Source of the DNA: Armatimonadota bacterium
GTDB taxonomy: Bacteria; Armatimonadota; Zipacnadia; Zipacnadales; UBA5352
Direction: 5' to 3'
Assembly: GCA_034722055.1 (NCBI GenBank)
Contig: JAYENL010000157.1
Span: 1 to 34,339 of the forward strand
Length of the DNA: 34,339 nucleotides
The position numbers were made by a program, and so were the translations under genes. Every line of letters starts with the position of its first letter. The first letter of the stretch is position 1. Below, one piece after another: positions 17,182 to 26,409 of this stretch. Under the pieces are notes generated by a model. That model searched no databases, had not been told where the DNA came from, and worked only from the letters and a program-made list of their open reading frames with translations.

Positions 17182-18864
17182 ATGGCAGAGAATACGCTTT
17201 ACTTCGGCGACAATCTGGACATCCTCCGGCGGTACATTGAGGATGAAAGCGTCGATCTGATCTACCTCGACCCGCCCTTCAACTCCAACCAGGCCTACAA
17301 CGTGATCTTCGAGGAGGAGAACGGGTCGGGCTCCGGCGCCCAGATCCAGGCCTTCGACGACACCTGGCACTGGACGATGGAGACCGCCGAGCTGTACCAC
17401 GAGACGGTCGAGGCGGGCGATGTCCGCGTGTCGGAGACCCTCCGTGCCTTCCGCAACATGCTTGGCGATACGGACATGATGGCGTATCTCGCGAACATGG
17501 CCCCGCGCCTTGTGGAGATGCGCCGGATCTTGAAGCCGACGGGCTCCATCTACCTTCACTGCGACCCCACCGCCAGCCACTACCTCAAGGTCCTGCTGGA
17601 CGGCATCTTCGGGGTGGAGAACTATATCAACGAGATCGTGTGGCAGCGATCCCACCCGCATGGCAACGTCACTCGGTCATACGGCGCAATCCATGACACA
17701 CTGCTCTTCTATGCGAAGACGAACGAGTACACCTGGACTGAGCCACGCAAGCCTTACTACCTGCCGGATGGGTCTCTGGACCCCGAGATCGAGGATAGAG
17801 TCTTGGCGCAGTATAGTCATGTAGAGGAGGAAACCGGGAGACGCTTCCAGGCAACATCGCTGCTCAACCCCAATCCTGATCGCCCCAACCTGACATACGA
17901 ATTCTGTGGACACACTCGTGTCTGGCGCTGGACGGAAGAGCGTATGCAGCAAGCATATGAGGAGGGGCGCATCTACATCCCACGAGGTGGGGAAGGAGTG
18001 CCGCGGGAGAAGCGGTACCTGGACGAGCAGGAGGGGCTACCGCTTCAAGCCATCTGGACGGACGTCGGCCCGATTCCGGCCCAAGCAGCAGAACGCCTCG
18101 GCTACCCCACGCAGAAGCCGGAGGCGTTGCTGGAGCGGATCATCGAGGCGTCCAGCAATGAGGGGGACCTGGTGCTCGACCCGTTCTGCGGATGCGGGAC
18201 CACCATCGCGGTGGCACATCGGCTGGGCCGGCGCTGGATCGGCATCGACATCACGCACCTGGCCGTCAACCTGATGAAGTACCGCCTGCGGGACACCTTC
18301 GGCGAGGAGGTGCGCGAGGAGTACGATGTGATCGGGGAGCCCGCGGACCTGGCGGGGGCGCAGGCGCTGGCCGAGCAGAACCGGTGGCAGTTCGAGCTGT
18401 GGGCGCTGGGGCTGGTGGGAGCGCGCCCCGCCGATCCAAAGAAGGGCGCTGACCAAGGCATTGACGGGCGGCTCTACTTCCGCGACAACGACGGCAAGAC
18501 CCAGCGGATACTCATATCGGTCAAGTCGGGCGGCACGGGAGTCCGGCACATCCGCGATCTGCGGGGCGTCATCGAGCGCGAGGATGCGGCCATCGGGGTA
18601 CTCGTCACGCTGGAGGAGCCGACGCGTGACATGCAGCGCGAAGGCGCCTCAGCGGGCTTCTGGTCGCCTGAGAAAGAGAGCGTGCGACAGGAGACCGGCG
18701 AGCCGGTCCGGGTGCCGCGCATTCAGATACTGACCATCGAGGAGTTGCTCGAGGGTGCCGCCATCGACTGCCCCTACCTCAGGCACGGGTCGGCGACCTT
18801 CAAGAAGGCGCCGAAAAACCCCGGGCCCCAGGCCCAAACGCGGCAGATGGACCTGGACCAGTAG
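17182..18864 (+). CDS. Amino (N6-A/N4-C) DNA methyltransferase, beta-class, with C-terminal restriction-endonuclease-like (Mrr-type) domain
   Basis: Motif IV 'IYLDPPF' precedes the TRD and motif I '[11 protein letters not shown]'; '[14 protein letters not shown]'. C-terminal 'D.GIDG...ISVKSG...[14 protein letters not shown]'. Confidence 0.92.
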   Translation: MAENTLYFGDNLDILRRYIEDESVDLIYLDPPFNSNQAYNVIFEEENGSGSGAQIQAFDDTWHWTMETAELYHETVEAGDVRVSETLRAFRNMLGDTDMMAYLANMAPRLVEMRRILKPTGSIYLHCDPTASHYLKVLLDGIFGVENYINEIVWQRSHPHGNVTRSYGAIHDTLLFYAKTNEYTWTEPRKPYYLPDGSLDPEIEDRVLAQYSHVEEETGRRFQATSLLNPNPDRPNLTYEFCGHTRVWRWTEERMQQAYEEGRIYIPRGGEGVPREKRYLDEQEGLPLQAIWTDVGPIPAQAAERLGYPTQKPEALLERIIEASSNEGDLVLDPFCGCGTTIAVAHRLGRRWIGIDITHLAVNLMKYRLRDTFGEEVREEYDVIGEPADLAGAQALAEQNRWQFELWALGLVGARPADPKKGADQGIDGRLYFRDNDGKTQRILISVKSGGTGVRHIRDLRGVIEREDAAIGVLVTLEEPTRDMQREGASAGFWSPEKESVRQETGEPVRVPRIQILTIEELLEGAAIDCPYLRHGSATFKKAPKNPGPQAQTRQMDLDQ

Positions 18865-18870
18865 CCGCGA

Positions 18871-18897
18871 CATCGTGCCGCAGCTCACGGCACGATG
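18871..18897. terminator. Hairpin between convergent genes (possible bidirectional terminator)
   Basis: CATCGTGCCG-CAGCTCA-CGGCACGATG, a perfect 10-bp stem overlapping the stop of the minus-strand gene. No T-tract. Confidence 0.45.
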
Positions 18898-21800
18898 AAC
18901 ACGTCAGTCCCGCATGCTTCCATCTCTCGGACATTCGCCTGACCGTCCACGGTGACGGTCGTCTGCACGGGCTCATCCCTGAAGTTCATCAGCAGCACCA
19001 GGACCTGTCCGTTGCGCTCGAAGGCCGCCCAGTCGCGGTTGGGCAGGCCCTCCACGGTGACCCTCTCGTCGCAGCGCTGCTCGTGGCGGAACCAGTCCTC
19101 GTACTCCGCGATGATCGCCGACGCCTCGGAGGTGGCGTAGAAAGCCCCGCCGTCCATGGAGGCGAGCTGCCAGATGAGCACGCCGTGGCAGCCGCTCTCC
19201 ACGTACTTGCGCAGCAGCCGGTTGCGCCAAATCTCCATCCGCGGCGCCGGCCGGGCATCGTCGCGGTGTGACAGATACCACATCTCCCCGCCGATCAGCG
19301 GCACGTCGCCCAGGGCCTCCACGGTGGCGGCCACGCTCTCCGCAGAGCCGCCGTAGCCTGCGATCCCCACGTCCAGGTGCGGCCGCATCTTGGCCCAGTC
19401 CACACCGTAGTGCTCCCTGGTGCGGGCGGACTGGAAGCCGGAGTAGAGCGAGAACTCAATTGGCCGCTCCGCCTTCTGCAGCATGTCCCTGAGCAGCCCC
19501 GCCATCTCCGCGTTCTGCGAGCAGCGGAAGTCCACCCACGCGTCGCGATGCTCCTCCAGGAGCGTCTGCGGCGTGATCTCGACGTCCTCGCCGATGCCGG
19601 CGACCCGCCGGAACTCGGCGATGCACCGCTCGCAGGTGCAGAAGGTGGGCGGGTCCACCACCGGCTGCTCCAGGTCCCAGTTGGCGCCGGCGTAGGGGTG
19701 GCTGTTGACCGCATCCAGCAGCCAGCGTTGGAGCATCTCCCGCGCGGGCCTTGCCTCGTCGGACAGGAACCAGGTGGGGCAGTAGGTGTGACGCTGGGGC
19801 TGGCCCTCGAAGTCCATGGCCTGCAGCTCGGGGTGGGCCTCCAGGTGCGCGCGCATCTCCTCGCTGATCGCGTTCCAGCCGTGCCAGCCGATGCTCAGGA
19901 TGACCTGGTGGCCGCGCGGCGCCAGCACACTCACCACGTTGTTGGCGTACTTCCCGTAGGTCCAGGTGATTCCCGACTGCCAGCAGCTCTCGGCGTAGGC
20001 CCGGCCCACCTCATCATTGGTCAGCCGCGAGGAGTAGTAGCATGGCGTGATGCGGGCGCGGTGGGGCCGGACGTCCTTCAGCGGCGGCAGGATGGTGGTG
20101 CTGCTGCGATGGGGGATCTCGGTGATGGCGCCACCCAGCGACTGGAAGTAGGTCAGCACCGGAAGCTCGCCCTCGGGCATCGCCTCCGGCGCCGCGAACA
20201 GCAGGCCACACAGCGGCTTGGCGGTGGCCGAGACCAGCCTCTCGCACTTCACGTCCATCGCCACCACGTACTGCTCGCCCGGCTCCACCGGCACCACGTC
20301 CTCGCCATCCACCCAGATCGCCTGCTGGCGGTCGGCGTCGCGCTGGGTGGAGACGAGCTTCACGCAGTTGGAGCCGTCCGGGCCCTCGGGCTTGATCTTA
20401 TACGTCGGCTCCCACGCCGGCTCGTCGAAGGTGCCCATCTTCAGCAGATTCTCGTCACTCCCGGCCTCGCGGAAGACGACGTTATCCACCCAGAAGGTCC
20501 CGGTGATGCTGCGGTTCTGCCATTTGATGATCAGCGGGTGGGCGCTGGCAGCGCCCTCCGGAGCCGTGATGGTGGCCGAGAGGTGCCGCCAGTCGTGGGT
20601 CCCGCCGGAGGTCAGTGCGGGCTGATAGCCGAGCGACGCGCCGTTCTCATCCCCCCACCGGATCGACAGATCCATACCGGCAGCAGGCGCCGTCCCGTAG
20701 CTGAGGAGATGGCGCGCCATCTCCACCCCGCCCGCCTCCTCCGCCGGCTCGCTGGAGACCTCCGGCGGCGTCCCGCCGATGACCTCCAGAGCGCGATACT
20801 CCAGCTCCGCCGGGGCCTCCACCACCATGCGGTAGTCGTCGGAGGGCACATCGACAGGGGCATGCACGTAGACGCGCATGAGCTGGGCGCTGCCGCGGGG
20901 CAGGTGGAAGGTGGTCAGCTTGGGGAACATCTGCGGCCCGCGCTCGCCCACGTAGAGGCCACACGCCGCGTACACCTCCTCTGCGCCGGGACGCCAGAGC
21001 TGAGCGGAGGCGATGAGTTCCCACCCGTCGCGGTCGATTTCCTGCCGCCAGCCCTCCGGCGGAGCGTCAGCGCGCCGCAGCCACACCACGGGCACGGGTC
21101 GCTCCGCCGAGGTGACCGCCGGCGACAGCGCTGGCTCCTCGCCGGCCCGCCGAGCGTGGATCGCCACCACGTTGAGCCCCCGGTTCAGGTCCAGGTCGCC
21201 CTCCCCCGCGTCGATGGCCTCTCCGCTGAGCCACACGCTGACCTCGACATCCGTCGCGTTCAGGGCCAGCTCCGCCTGGCCGAGTCCGAAGGCCATGGGC
21301 AGCTCCGCGGATCGCTGGACCGCGGTGTCTCCGTCCAGCAGCGCCCAGGAGGCCGACATGCGCCCGGTTCTGCGCGCCTGCGGCGGCACTGTGATAGTCA
21401 ACTCCTGCGTCCCGACACCCTCCCCGGAGCGCTCCGCGGTTGCATCACCGGCGCGGACAGTCCCCACCAGGCGCGGCTGGCCGGCGCCGGTCACCTCCGC
21501 GCGCGCCATCACCTGCTCGCCCTTTCGTGAGACCGCGGCGGCGGTCACGGCCGGCCCCGCCTGCGCAAAGCGCAGCTCCCCGAACTTCGCAGGCTGGTGG
21601 AAGCTGCCCTGCAGCCCGCTCCACGTGGAGAGCTCCTGCACAGCAGTGCGCTCGCGTGCGAAGTTCGCACGCCACCGGCCCTCCGGCGCGGCCTCCATGC
21701 TCTCCAGGCCGATCGCCACCTCCACCACGTAGCTCGTCGTGCCGCGGCGTGCGGCCGTGCGGACGTCGCCGTCCCAGGGCTCGCCCTGGTCCCTGGCGTC

Positions 21801-22211
21801 ATACAGCGCCCCCTCTGAGTTCACCGCGAAGTGGTAGTAGCTCTCGCCGGGCGGCTCCAGGAAGATCTCCACGCACTCGTCGTTGTAGACGGGCGTGTCG
21901 CGATCTGCGTGCTCAGCCTTCACCAGGTCCAGCATGTTCAGGCGCGGATCGAGGTAGCTCTCATCCACCTCGAACCCCAGGTAGAGGTTCGCGTCATCCC
22001 AGCAGGCGCGGACGCGCGTCTGCTCCTCAGCGAGGGCATCGCCGGTAGCGAGGATGAACGGCGACGCGATGGAGGCGGCCTGCCAGCAGGGATCGTGGAG
22101 ATCGCCATCGATCTGCGGCGGTGTCTCGGCGCGGTAGGCGGTCAGCAGCGGCTGGCCCTGCGCGGCCCGGCACGTCGTGAGCGCGATGAGGACGATTGCG
22201 GCCCAACGCAT
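18885..22211 (-). CDS. Secreted modular protein: N-terminal CBM9-like domain, CBM4/9-like domain, C-terminal GH-like TIM barrel with CxCxxC motif
   Basis: Signal peptide; 'PQIDGDL.D..W', 'WDDANLY', 'VEIFL..YYHFAVN', 'FHQPAKFGEL'. Barrel 'GANWDLEQP..FCTCERCIAEF', 'WVDFR'. Confidence 0.8.
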   Translation of the reverse strand: MRWAAIVLIALTTCRAAQGQPLLTAYRAETPPQIDGDLHDPCWQAASIASPFILATGDALAEEQTRVRACWDDANLYLGFEVDESYLDPRLNMLDLVKAEHADRDTPVYNDECVEIFLEPPGESYYHFAVNSEGALYDARDQGEPWDGDVRTAARRGTTSYVVEVAIGLESMEAAPEGRWRANFARERTAVQELSTWSGLQGSFHQPAKFGELRFAQAGPAVTAAAVSRKGEQVMARAEVTGAGQPRLVGTVRAGDATAERSGEGVGTQELTITVPPQARRTGRMSASWALLDGDTAVQRSAELPMAFGLGQAELALNATDVEVSVWLSGEAIDAGEGDLDLNRGLNVVAIHARRAGEEPALSPAVTSAERPVPVVWLRRADAPPEGWRQEIDRDGWELIASAQLWRPGAEEVYAACGLYVGERGPQMFPKLTTFHLPRGSAQLMRVYVHAPVDVPSDDYRMVVEAPAELEYRALEVIGGTPPEVSSEPAEEAGGVEMARHLLSYGTAPAAGMDLSIRWGDENGASLGYQPALTSGGTHDWRHLSATITAPEGAASAHPLIIKWQNRSITGTFWVDNVVFREAGSDENLLKMGTFDEPAWEPTYKIKPEGPDGSNCVKLVSTQRDADRQQAIWVDGEDVVPVEPGEQYVVAMDVKCERLVSATAKPLCGLLFAAPEAMPEGELPVLTYFQSLGGAITEIPHRSSTTILPPLKDVRPHRARITPCYYSSRLTNDEVGRAYAESCWQSGITWTYGKYANNVVSVLAPRGHQVILSIGWHGWNAISEEMRAHLEAHPELQAMDFEGQPQRHTYCPTWFLSDEARPAREMLQRWLLDAVNSHPYAGANWDLEQPVVDPPTFCTCERCIAEFRRVAGIGEDVEITPQTLLEEHRDAWVDFRCSQNAEMAGLLRDMLQKAERPIEFSLYSGFQSARTREHYGVDWAKMRPHLDVGIAGYGGSAESVAATVEALGDVPLIGGEMWYLSHRDDARPAPRMEIWRNRLLRKYVESGCHGVLIWQLASMDGGAFYATSEASAIIAEYEDWFRHEQRCDERVTVEGLPNRDWAAFERNGQVLVLLMNFRDEPVQTTVTVDGQANVREMEACGTDVFIVP

Positions 22212-22345
22212 GATTCCCGGCTCCCTTCACAGCCGGCTCGATCCGGGGCATGGCTGCTTCACCGGCGGGCCCGCGGTCACCTTCTGGCGGAGGGCGAAGG
22301 CATGCAGGGAGAATGTCCCCCACACGGGAAACAGGCGACAGAGTA

Positions 22346-22351
22346 TAACCG
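22346..22351 (+). promoter_or_regulatory. Possible sigma70-type -10 box in the divergent intergenic region
   Basis: TATAAC about 20 nt upstream of ATG 22371 in an otherwise GC-rich context. No clear -35. Confidence 0.3.
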
Positions 22352-22370
22352 ATCCGCGTCCGGGGGTAGC

Positions 22371-25300
22371 ATGATGACACAGCATGAGGGTCTCCGTATT
22401 GCCGCGATTGCCATCAGCGTGAGCCTGGCGGGAGTGGCTGCGGCGCAGCAGCCTGCCCGGCCGCTCCTGACCGCTGGCCCAGTGGAGGTGACGGCGGACG
22501 GAATCATCGAGGCCGCCGAGTGGCAGGATGCCGCTGCCGCGGGGGCCTTCATGGAGCTGGGCGGCGCGCTGGCCGCCGACGGCACGGTCTGCCGGATCGG
22601 GATCGATCCCCGCGGCCTCGCCGTGGCCTGGGAGATGGACGGCCGGCCACGGGCGGAAGCTCGCGGAGACGACGGGGCGCTGTGGCGGGACGATGCCGTG
22701 GAGCTGTTCCTGCAGCCGGCGCCCGGCGGCTCGTACTTCCACTTCATCGTCAACGCCGCCGGGGACGTGCTCGACGAGGAGGGCAGGGACGCCTCCTGGA
22801 GCTCGGACCGCGTGGTGGCTGTGACGACCGCGGAGGACGGATGGACGGTGGAGCTGCTCGTGCCCTGGGAGGACCTGGGCGGCCGTCCCGTGCCCGGTGA
22901 CACGTGGGGCCTCAACGTCTGCCGGGACATGCCGCATCAGGGCCGCGCCCTGACCTGGGCGCCGCTTGAGTCCACCTTCCACGAGCCGGAGAGCTTCGGC
23001 GAGCTGCGCTTCAGCGCAGCGCCACCGGCATGCGCGGTGCTCTCTGTCCAGCGGACCCCGGATCACGTGCTGGTCATCGACGCCCGAGCCGGTGAAGGGA
23101 CAAAGGTGTCCGCGGTTCTGCGCCAGGACGGCACTGACGTGGCGGTGGCCGAGGCGGATCGAGACGGGGAGCTGCGCCTGCCCATCCAGCAGCCCGGCAG
23201 CTTCATGTTCCGCCTGGAGGGCAGAGACGAGGACGATACTGTGACCTTCCAGCAGGAGGTGCCCGTGATGCGACGCGCGCCGATGGAGCTGTCGCTCAGC
23301 AAGCGGCTGCTGACCGGCCGCGAGGTGACGGCGGAGATGGACTGCGAGGCGCTGGCCGTGGCGCCGGAGCGCTATCGAGTGACAATGGCGCGGCTGGACC
23401 CAGTGGAGCGGCAGGCGGATGCCGAGCATCCGAAGATGGCCGAGATCGCCGTAGACATCACGAACGTGGAGCCAGGCGAGGTGAGCGTGCATGCCGAGGC
23501 GCTGCGCGGCGGGGAGGTCGTGGCGCAGGCCGATACCGCCTTCGAGCTGCCGCCGCGGCCGGAGTGGGTGGGCAGCGACATCGGGATCAGCGACGCGCTG
23601 CCCGAGGCCTGGACGCCGGTGCGAGCCTCGGCCGACGCCGTGAGCTGCTGGGGGCGGGAGCACCGCTTCGGCGATCAGCCCCTTCTCTCCGAGCTGACCA
23701 CGGCCGGCAGGCAGGTGTTGGCGGAGCCGATGCGGCTCGTGAGCGTCGTGGGCGGCCGGCACCAGGTGTGGCGCGACGTCAACCTGCAGTGGACGGACCG
23801 ATCCGACACCGCCGCCACCGGCGCCATCACCGCCCGCTCGGACCTGGCGGCCCTCCGCTTAGACGTGCGCTGCGAGTTCGACGGCATGATGCGCTTCGAT
23901 CTATCGCTTACGCCCCAGGCGGGCGAGGCGCTCCAGGAGGTGGTGCTGGAGATCCCCCTCCGGGCCGAGCACGCCAGGTACCTGCATCTTGCGAACGCGA
24001 GCTGGGGCGGATCGGTAAGCACGGCCCTGCCCGAGGAGGGCTGGGAGCACGGCTTCATGCCCTTCGTGTGGCTCGGCGACGAGGAGCGCGGCGTCCAGTG
24101 GTTCGCAGAGTCCGATGAGGGGTGGCGGCCGCGCGATCCGAGTGCGGTCATCACCGTGGACCGCCGCGAGGGCGTCGCCACGCTGCGAGTGCACATGGTC
24201 GAGGAGCCGCTGGAGACTGGGCGCGAGTTCCGCACCACGTTCGGGCTGCAGGCCACGCCGGTGAAGCCGCTGGACCCCGACCACCGGCGGTGGCACATCA
24301 CCCACGGGGCCTTCTACGGCATGCAGGATCAGCCCGCCTCAGCCGCAGCATACCTCGCCTACCCGGCGGAGGGCAACATCCTGCTTCAGCGCGGCACCGT
24401 CGAGATGTGGGTCAAGCCACTCTTCGACCCGCAGGTTGAGGTCGAGCAGGCCACGCGCGGACGCTTCAACCGCGAGCTGCTGAGACTGGAGCTGGACAAC
24501 GGCGACCACCTGGGCTTCTACTGGAACATCGACGATCGCTGCATGAGGCTGTACACTCGCGTGGACGGCGATGTGAAGCTCATCGTGCCCTCAGAGGCCC
24601 CGGAGCCCTGGCGGCAGGGGCAGTGGCATCACGTGGCCTTCACGTGGGGCGACGAGGCGACGATCTTCATCGACGGCCAGGTTGTGGCCTCGCGCCAGTG
24701 GCAGGGCACGCTCCCGGGGACGCTGGAGGAGGCGCGCATCATCCTCGGCTCCGGCACCGCCTACAGCCCCTGCGAGTTCACGGTTGATGAGCTGCGCATC
24801 AGCGACGTCCCGCGGGACCTGGCGGGGCAGCCACCTGCGGACATCGAGCCGGATGAGCACACGCTGCTGTACGATGGCTTCGACCGCCCCAACGCCGAGG
24901 GCGCGGACGTCGCCGCGACGCCCGGGCGCGAGATGCATGGGCGCGAGCAGATCAGTTGGGTTGAGGGGACAGCCGGGAGCGCCGTCGCCATCGGCGCCCC
25001 GGATGCCCGCCTGAGTCTGCTGGATGACCTCAAGCGCAAGGGCGTCAACACCCTGGTCTCCCACCAGGAGTGGACGGAGATACAGGCCTATGGCAGCACG
25101 CAGATGCACCGGGAGGAGCTGCAGGAGCTGGTGGAGGCCTGCCACGAGCGGGATATCCGGCTGCTGCTCTACTTCGGCTACGAGCTCTCCGACGCCGCGC
25201 CGGAGTGGGACCTGTATCGCGACGAGGTGCTCGTCAAGCCCCGCCGCGGCGGCTACCAGCGCAAGGACATCCCGCAGACCGCCTACATCTGCTGCTACAA

Positions 25301-26141
25301 GAGCCCCTGGAAGGAGTACATCCTGACCAGCATCGCGCGGATGATCGAGGAGTTTGACATCGATGGCGTCTACCTCGATGGCACCACGGAGCCCTTCGCC
25401 TGCGCGAACGAGCTGCACGGGTGCGGCTACGTTGGGCCCGACGGCGAGCGCCATCGGACCTACCCCATCTTCGAGGTCCGCGACCTGATGCGCCGGATGC
25501 GCCACATCATCAGGTCCCGCAAGCCCGACGGGCTCATCTCCGCCCACATGTCGGCGACGGTCTCGATCCCCACGCTGGCCTTCGTGGACAGCTACTGGGA
25601 CGGCGAGCAGCTCGACGTGCACGAACACGGCTTTCGGCTGCCGCTGGATGCCTTCCGGGCCGAGTTCATGGGGCACAACTGGGGCGTGCCGGCGGAGTTC
25701 CTGTGCTACCGCAACCGCCCCTTCACCTACGAGGAGGCGCTGGCGCTGGCGCTGCTGCACGATGTGCCGGTGCGGCCCTACGCCCGGTCTGAGATCCTGG
25801 AGATGATGTCCAACGTGTGGGACGCCTGGGATGCCATCGACGTCACCGCCGCGCGGTGGTTCCCCTACTGGCAGGATGGCGGGCCGGTGGCGGCGGATGA
25901 CCCGGATCTGCTGATCTCCACGCACGTGGGGCCCGGCGGGGCGCTGGTCGTGGCGACGAACGCCTCCGCGGAGCCTGCGTCCGCGCGGCTGAGCATCGAC
26001 CTCGCCCGCACGGGCCTCGAAGAGGCAGTGACCGCCACGGACGTGCTCACCGAGCGAAGGCTGGACTTCGAGGACGCACAATTGCCCGTGGAGATCGCGC
26101 CCTGGGAGGCGGCCATCGTACTGCTGCGTCCGGCAGAGTGA
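22371..26141 (+). CDS. Secreted modular putative glycoside hydrolase: CBM9-like, DUF6067-like region, inserted LamG domain, TIM barrel with DGVYLD
   Basis: Signal peptide ...AGVAAA-QQ. CBM9-like 'DAVELFL..YFHFIVN..WTVEL..PW..FHEPESFGEL'; 'EFDGM', 'FGLQATPVKP'. LamG 'GTVEMWVKP..QWHHVAFTW..IFIDG..DELRIS'. Barrel 'LVEACHERDIRLL', 'FDIDGVYLDG'. Confidence 0.82.
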   Translation: MMTQHEGLRIAAIAISVSLAGVAAAQQPARPLLTAGPVEVTADGIIEAAEWQDAAAAGAFMELGGALAADGTVCRIGIDPRGLAVAWEMDGRPRAEARGDDGALWRDDAVELFLQPAPGGSYFHFIVNAAGDVLDEEGRDASWSSDRVVAVTTAEDGWTVELLVPWEDLGGRPVPGDTWGLNVCRDMPHQGRALTWAPLESTFHEPESFGELRFSAAPPACAVLSVQRTPDHVLVIDARAGEGTKVSAVLRQDGTDVAVAEADRDGELRLPIQQPGSFMFRLEGRDEDDTVTFQQEVPVMRRAPMELSLSKRLLTGREVTAEMDCEALAVAPERYRVTMARLDPVERQADAEHPKMAEIAVDITNVEPGEVSVHAEALRGGEVVAQADTAFELPPRPEWVGSDIGISDALPEAWTPVRASADAVSCWGREHRFGDQPLLSELTTAGRQVLAEPMRLVSVVGGRHQVWRDVNLQWTDRSDTAATGAITARSDLAALRLDVRCEFDGMMRFDLSLTPQAGEALQEVVLEIPLRAEHARYLHLANASWGGSVSTALPEEGWEHGFMPFVWLGDEERGVQWFAESDEGWRPRDPSAVITVDRREGVATLRVHMVEEPLETGREFRTTFGLQATPVKPLDPDHRRWHITHGAFYGMQDQPASAAAYLAYPAEGNILLQRGTVEMWVKPLFDPQVEVEQATRGRFNRELLRLELDNGDHLGFYWNIDDRCMRLYTRVDGDVKLIVPSEAPEPWRQGQWHHVAFTWGDEATIFIDGQVVASRQWQGTLPGTLEEARIILGSGTAYSPCEFTVDELRISDVPRDLAGQPPADIEPDEHTLLYDGFDRPNAEGADVAATPGREMHGREQISWVEGTAGSAVAIGAPDARLSLLDDLKRKGVNTLVSHQEWTEIQAYGSTQMHREELQELVEACHERDIRLLLYFGYELSDAAPEWDLYRDEVLVKPRRGGYQRKDIPQTAYICCYKSPWKEYILTSIARMIEEFDIDGVYLDGTTEPFACANELHGCGYVGPDGERHRTYPIFEVRDLMRRMRHIIRSRKPDGLISAHMSATVSIPTLAFVDSYWDGEQLDVHEHGFRLPLDAFRAEFMGHNWGVPAEFLCYRNRPFTYEEALALALLHDVPVRPYARSEILEMMSNVWDAWDAIDVTAARWFPYWQDGGPVAADDPDLLISTHVGPGGALVVATNASAEPASARLSIDLARTGLEEAVTATDVLTERRLDFEDAQLPVEIAPWEAAIVLLRPAE

Positions 26142-26250
26142 GGCCTCGTGCCCAGCGTCGCTGGCCGGGATGAGCTGCTGCGCCTCCCCCGCGATGGCCC
26201 GGGCGCCGTGGTGCTGGCCGGCAGCAGTACTCCCTCGCGCCGCGTTCGAC

Positions 26251-26331
26251 GGTGGAGGGGCCGCCGCGAGCGAAGCGAGCGGTGTGAGGTTACGAGCGTA
26301 GCGAGCGACCTCACAGGTTCCACCCCGGCCC
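26251..26331 (+). repeat. Branched GGAG-footed palindromic element with two CGAGC-GNA-GCGAG hairpins
   Basis: GGAG-GGGCCG (26254-26263) closes with CGGCCC (26326-26331). Inside: CGAGCGAAGCGAG (26267-26279), and TGTGAGGT/ACCTCACA (26283-26315) enclosing CGAGCGTAGCGAG. Confidence 0.6.
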
Positions 26332-26351
26332 ACCAGCCCGGCCTTCGGCCC

Positions 26352-26377
26352 GGACGCGGGCGCCCTCGCCCGCGTCC
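26352..26377. terminator. Perfect 11-bp hairpin between convergent genes
   Basis: GGACGCGGGCG-CCCT-CGCCCGCGTCC followed by CAATCTTT. Confidence 0.5.
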
Positions 26378-26409
26378 CAATCTTTGGTGGTTTGGGCTGG
26401 GGCGAAACC

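Noticed and set aside
17094..18897. Methyltransferase as part of a mobile element or prophage
   Set aside because: No integrase, transposase, terminal repeats or target-site duplication found at its flanks.
19377..21530. 717-aa plus-strand ORF (likewise 26554-29049, 29576-31303, 32723-33937)
   Set aside because: Mirror-frame ORFs opposite real genes, with no domain signatures.
21831..22370. N-terminal extension giving a 1436-aa protein
   Set aside because: Overlaps the divergent gene antisense; the signal peptide begins at ATG 22371.
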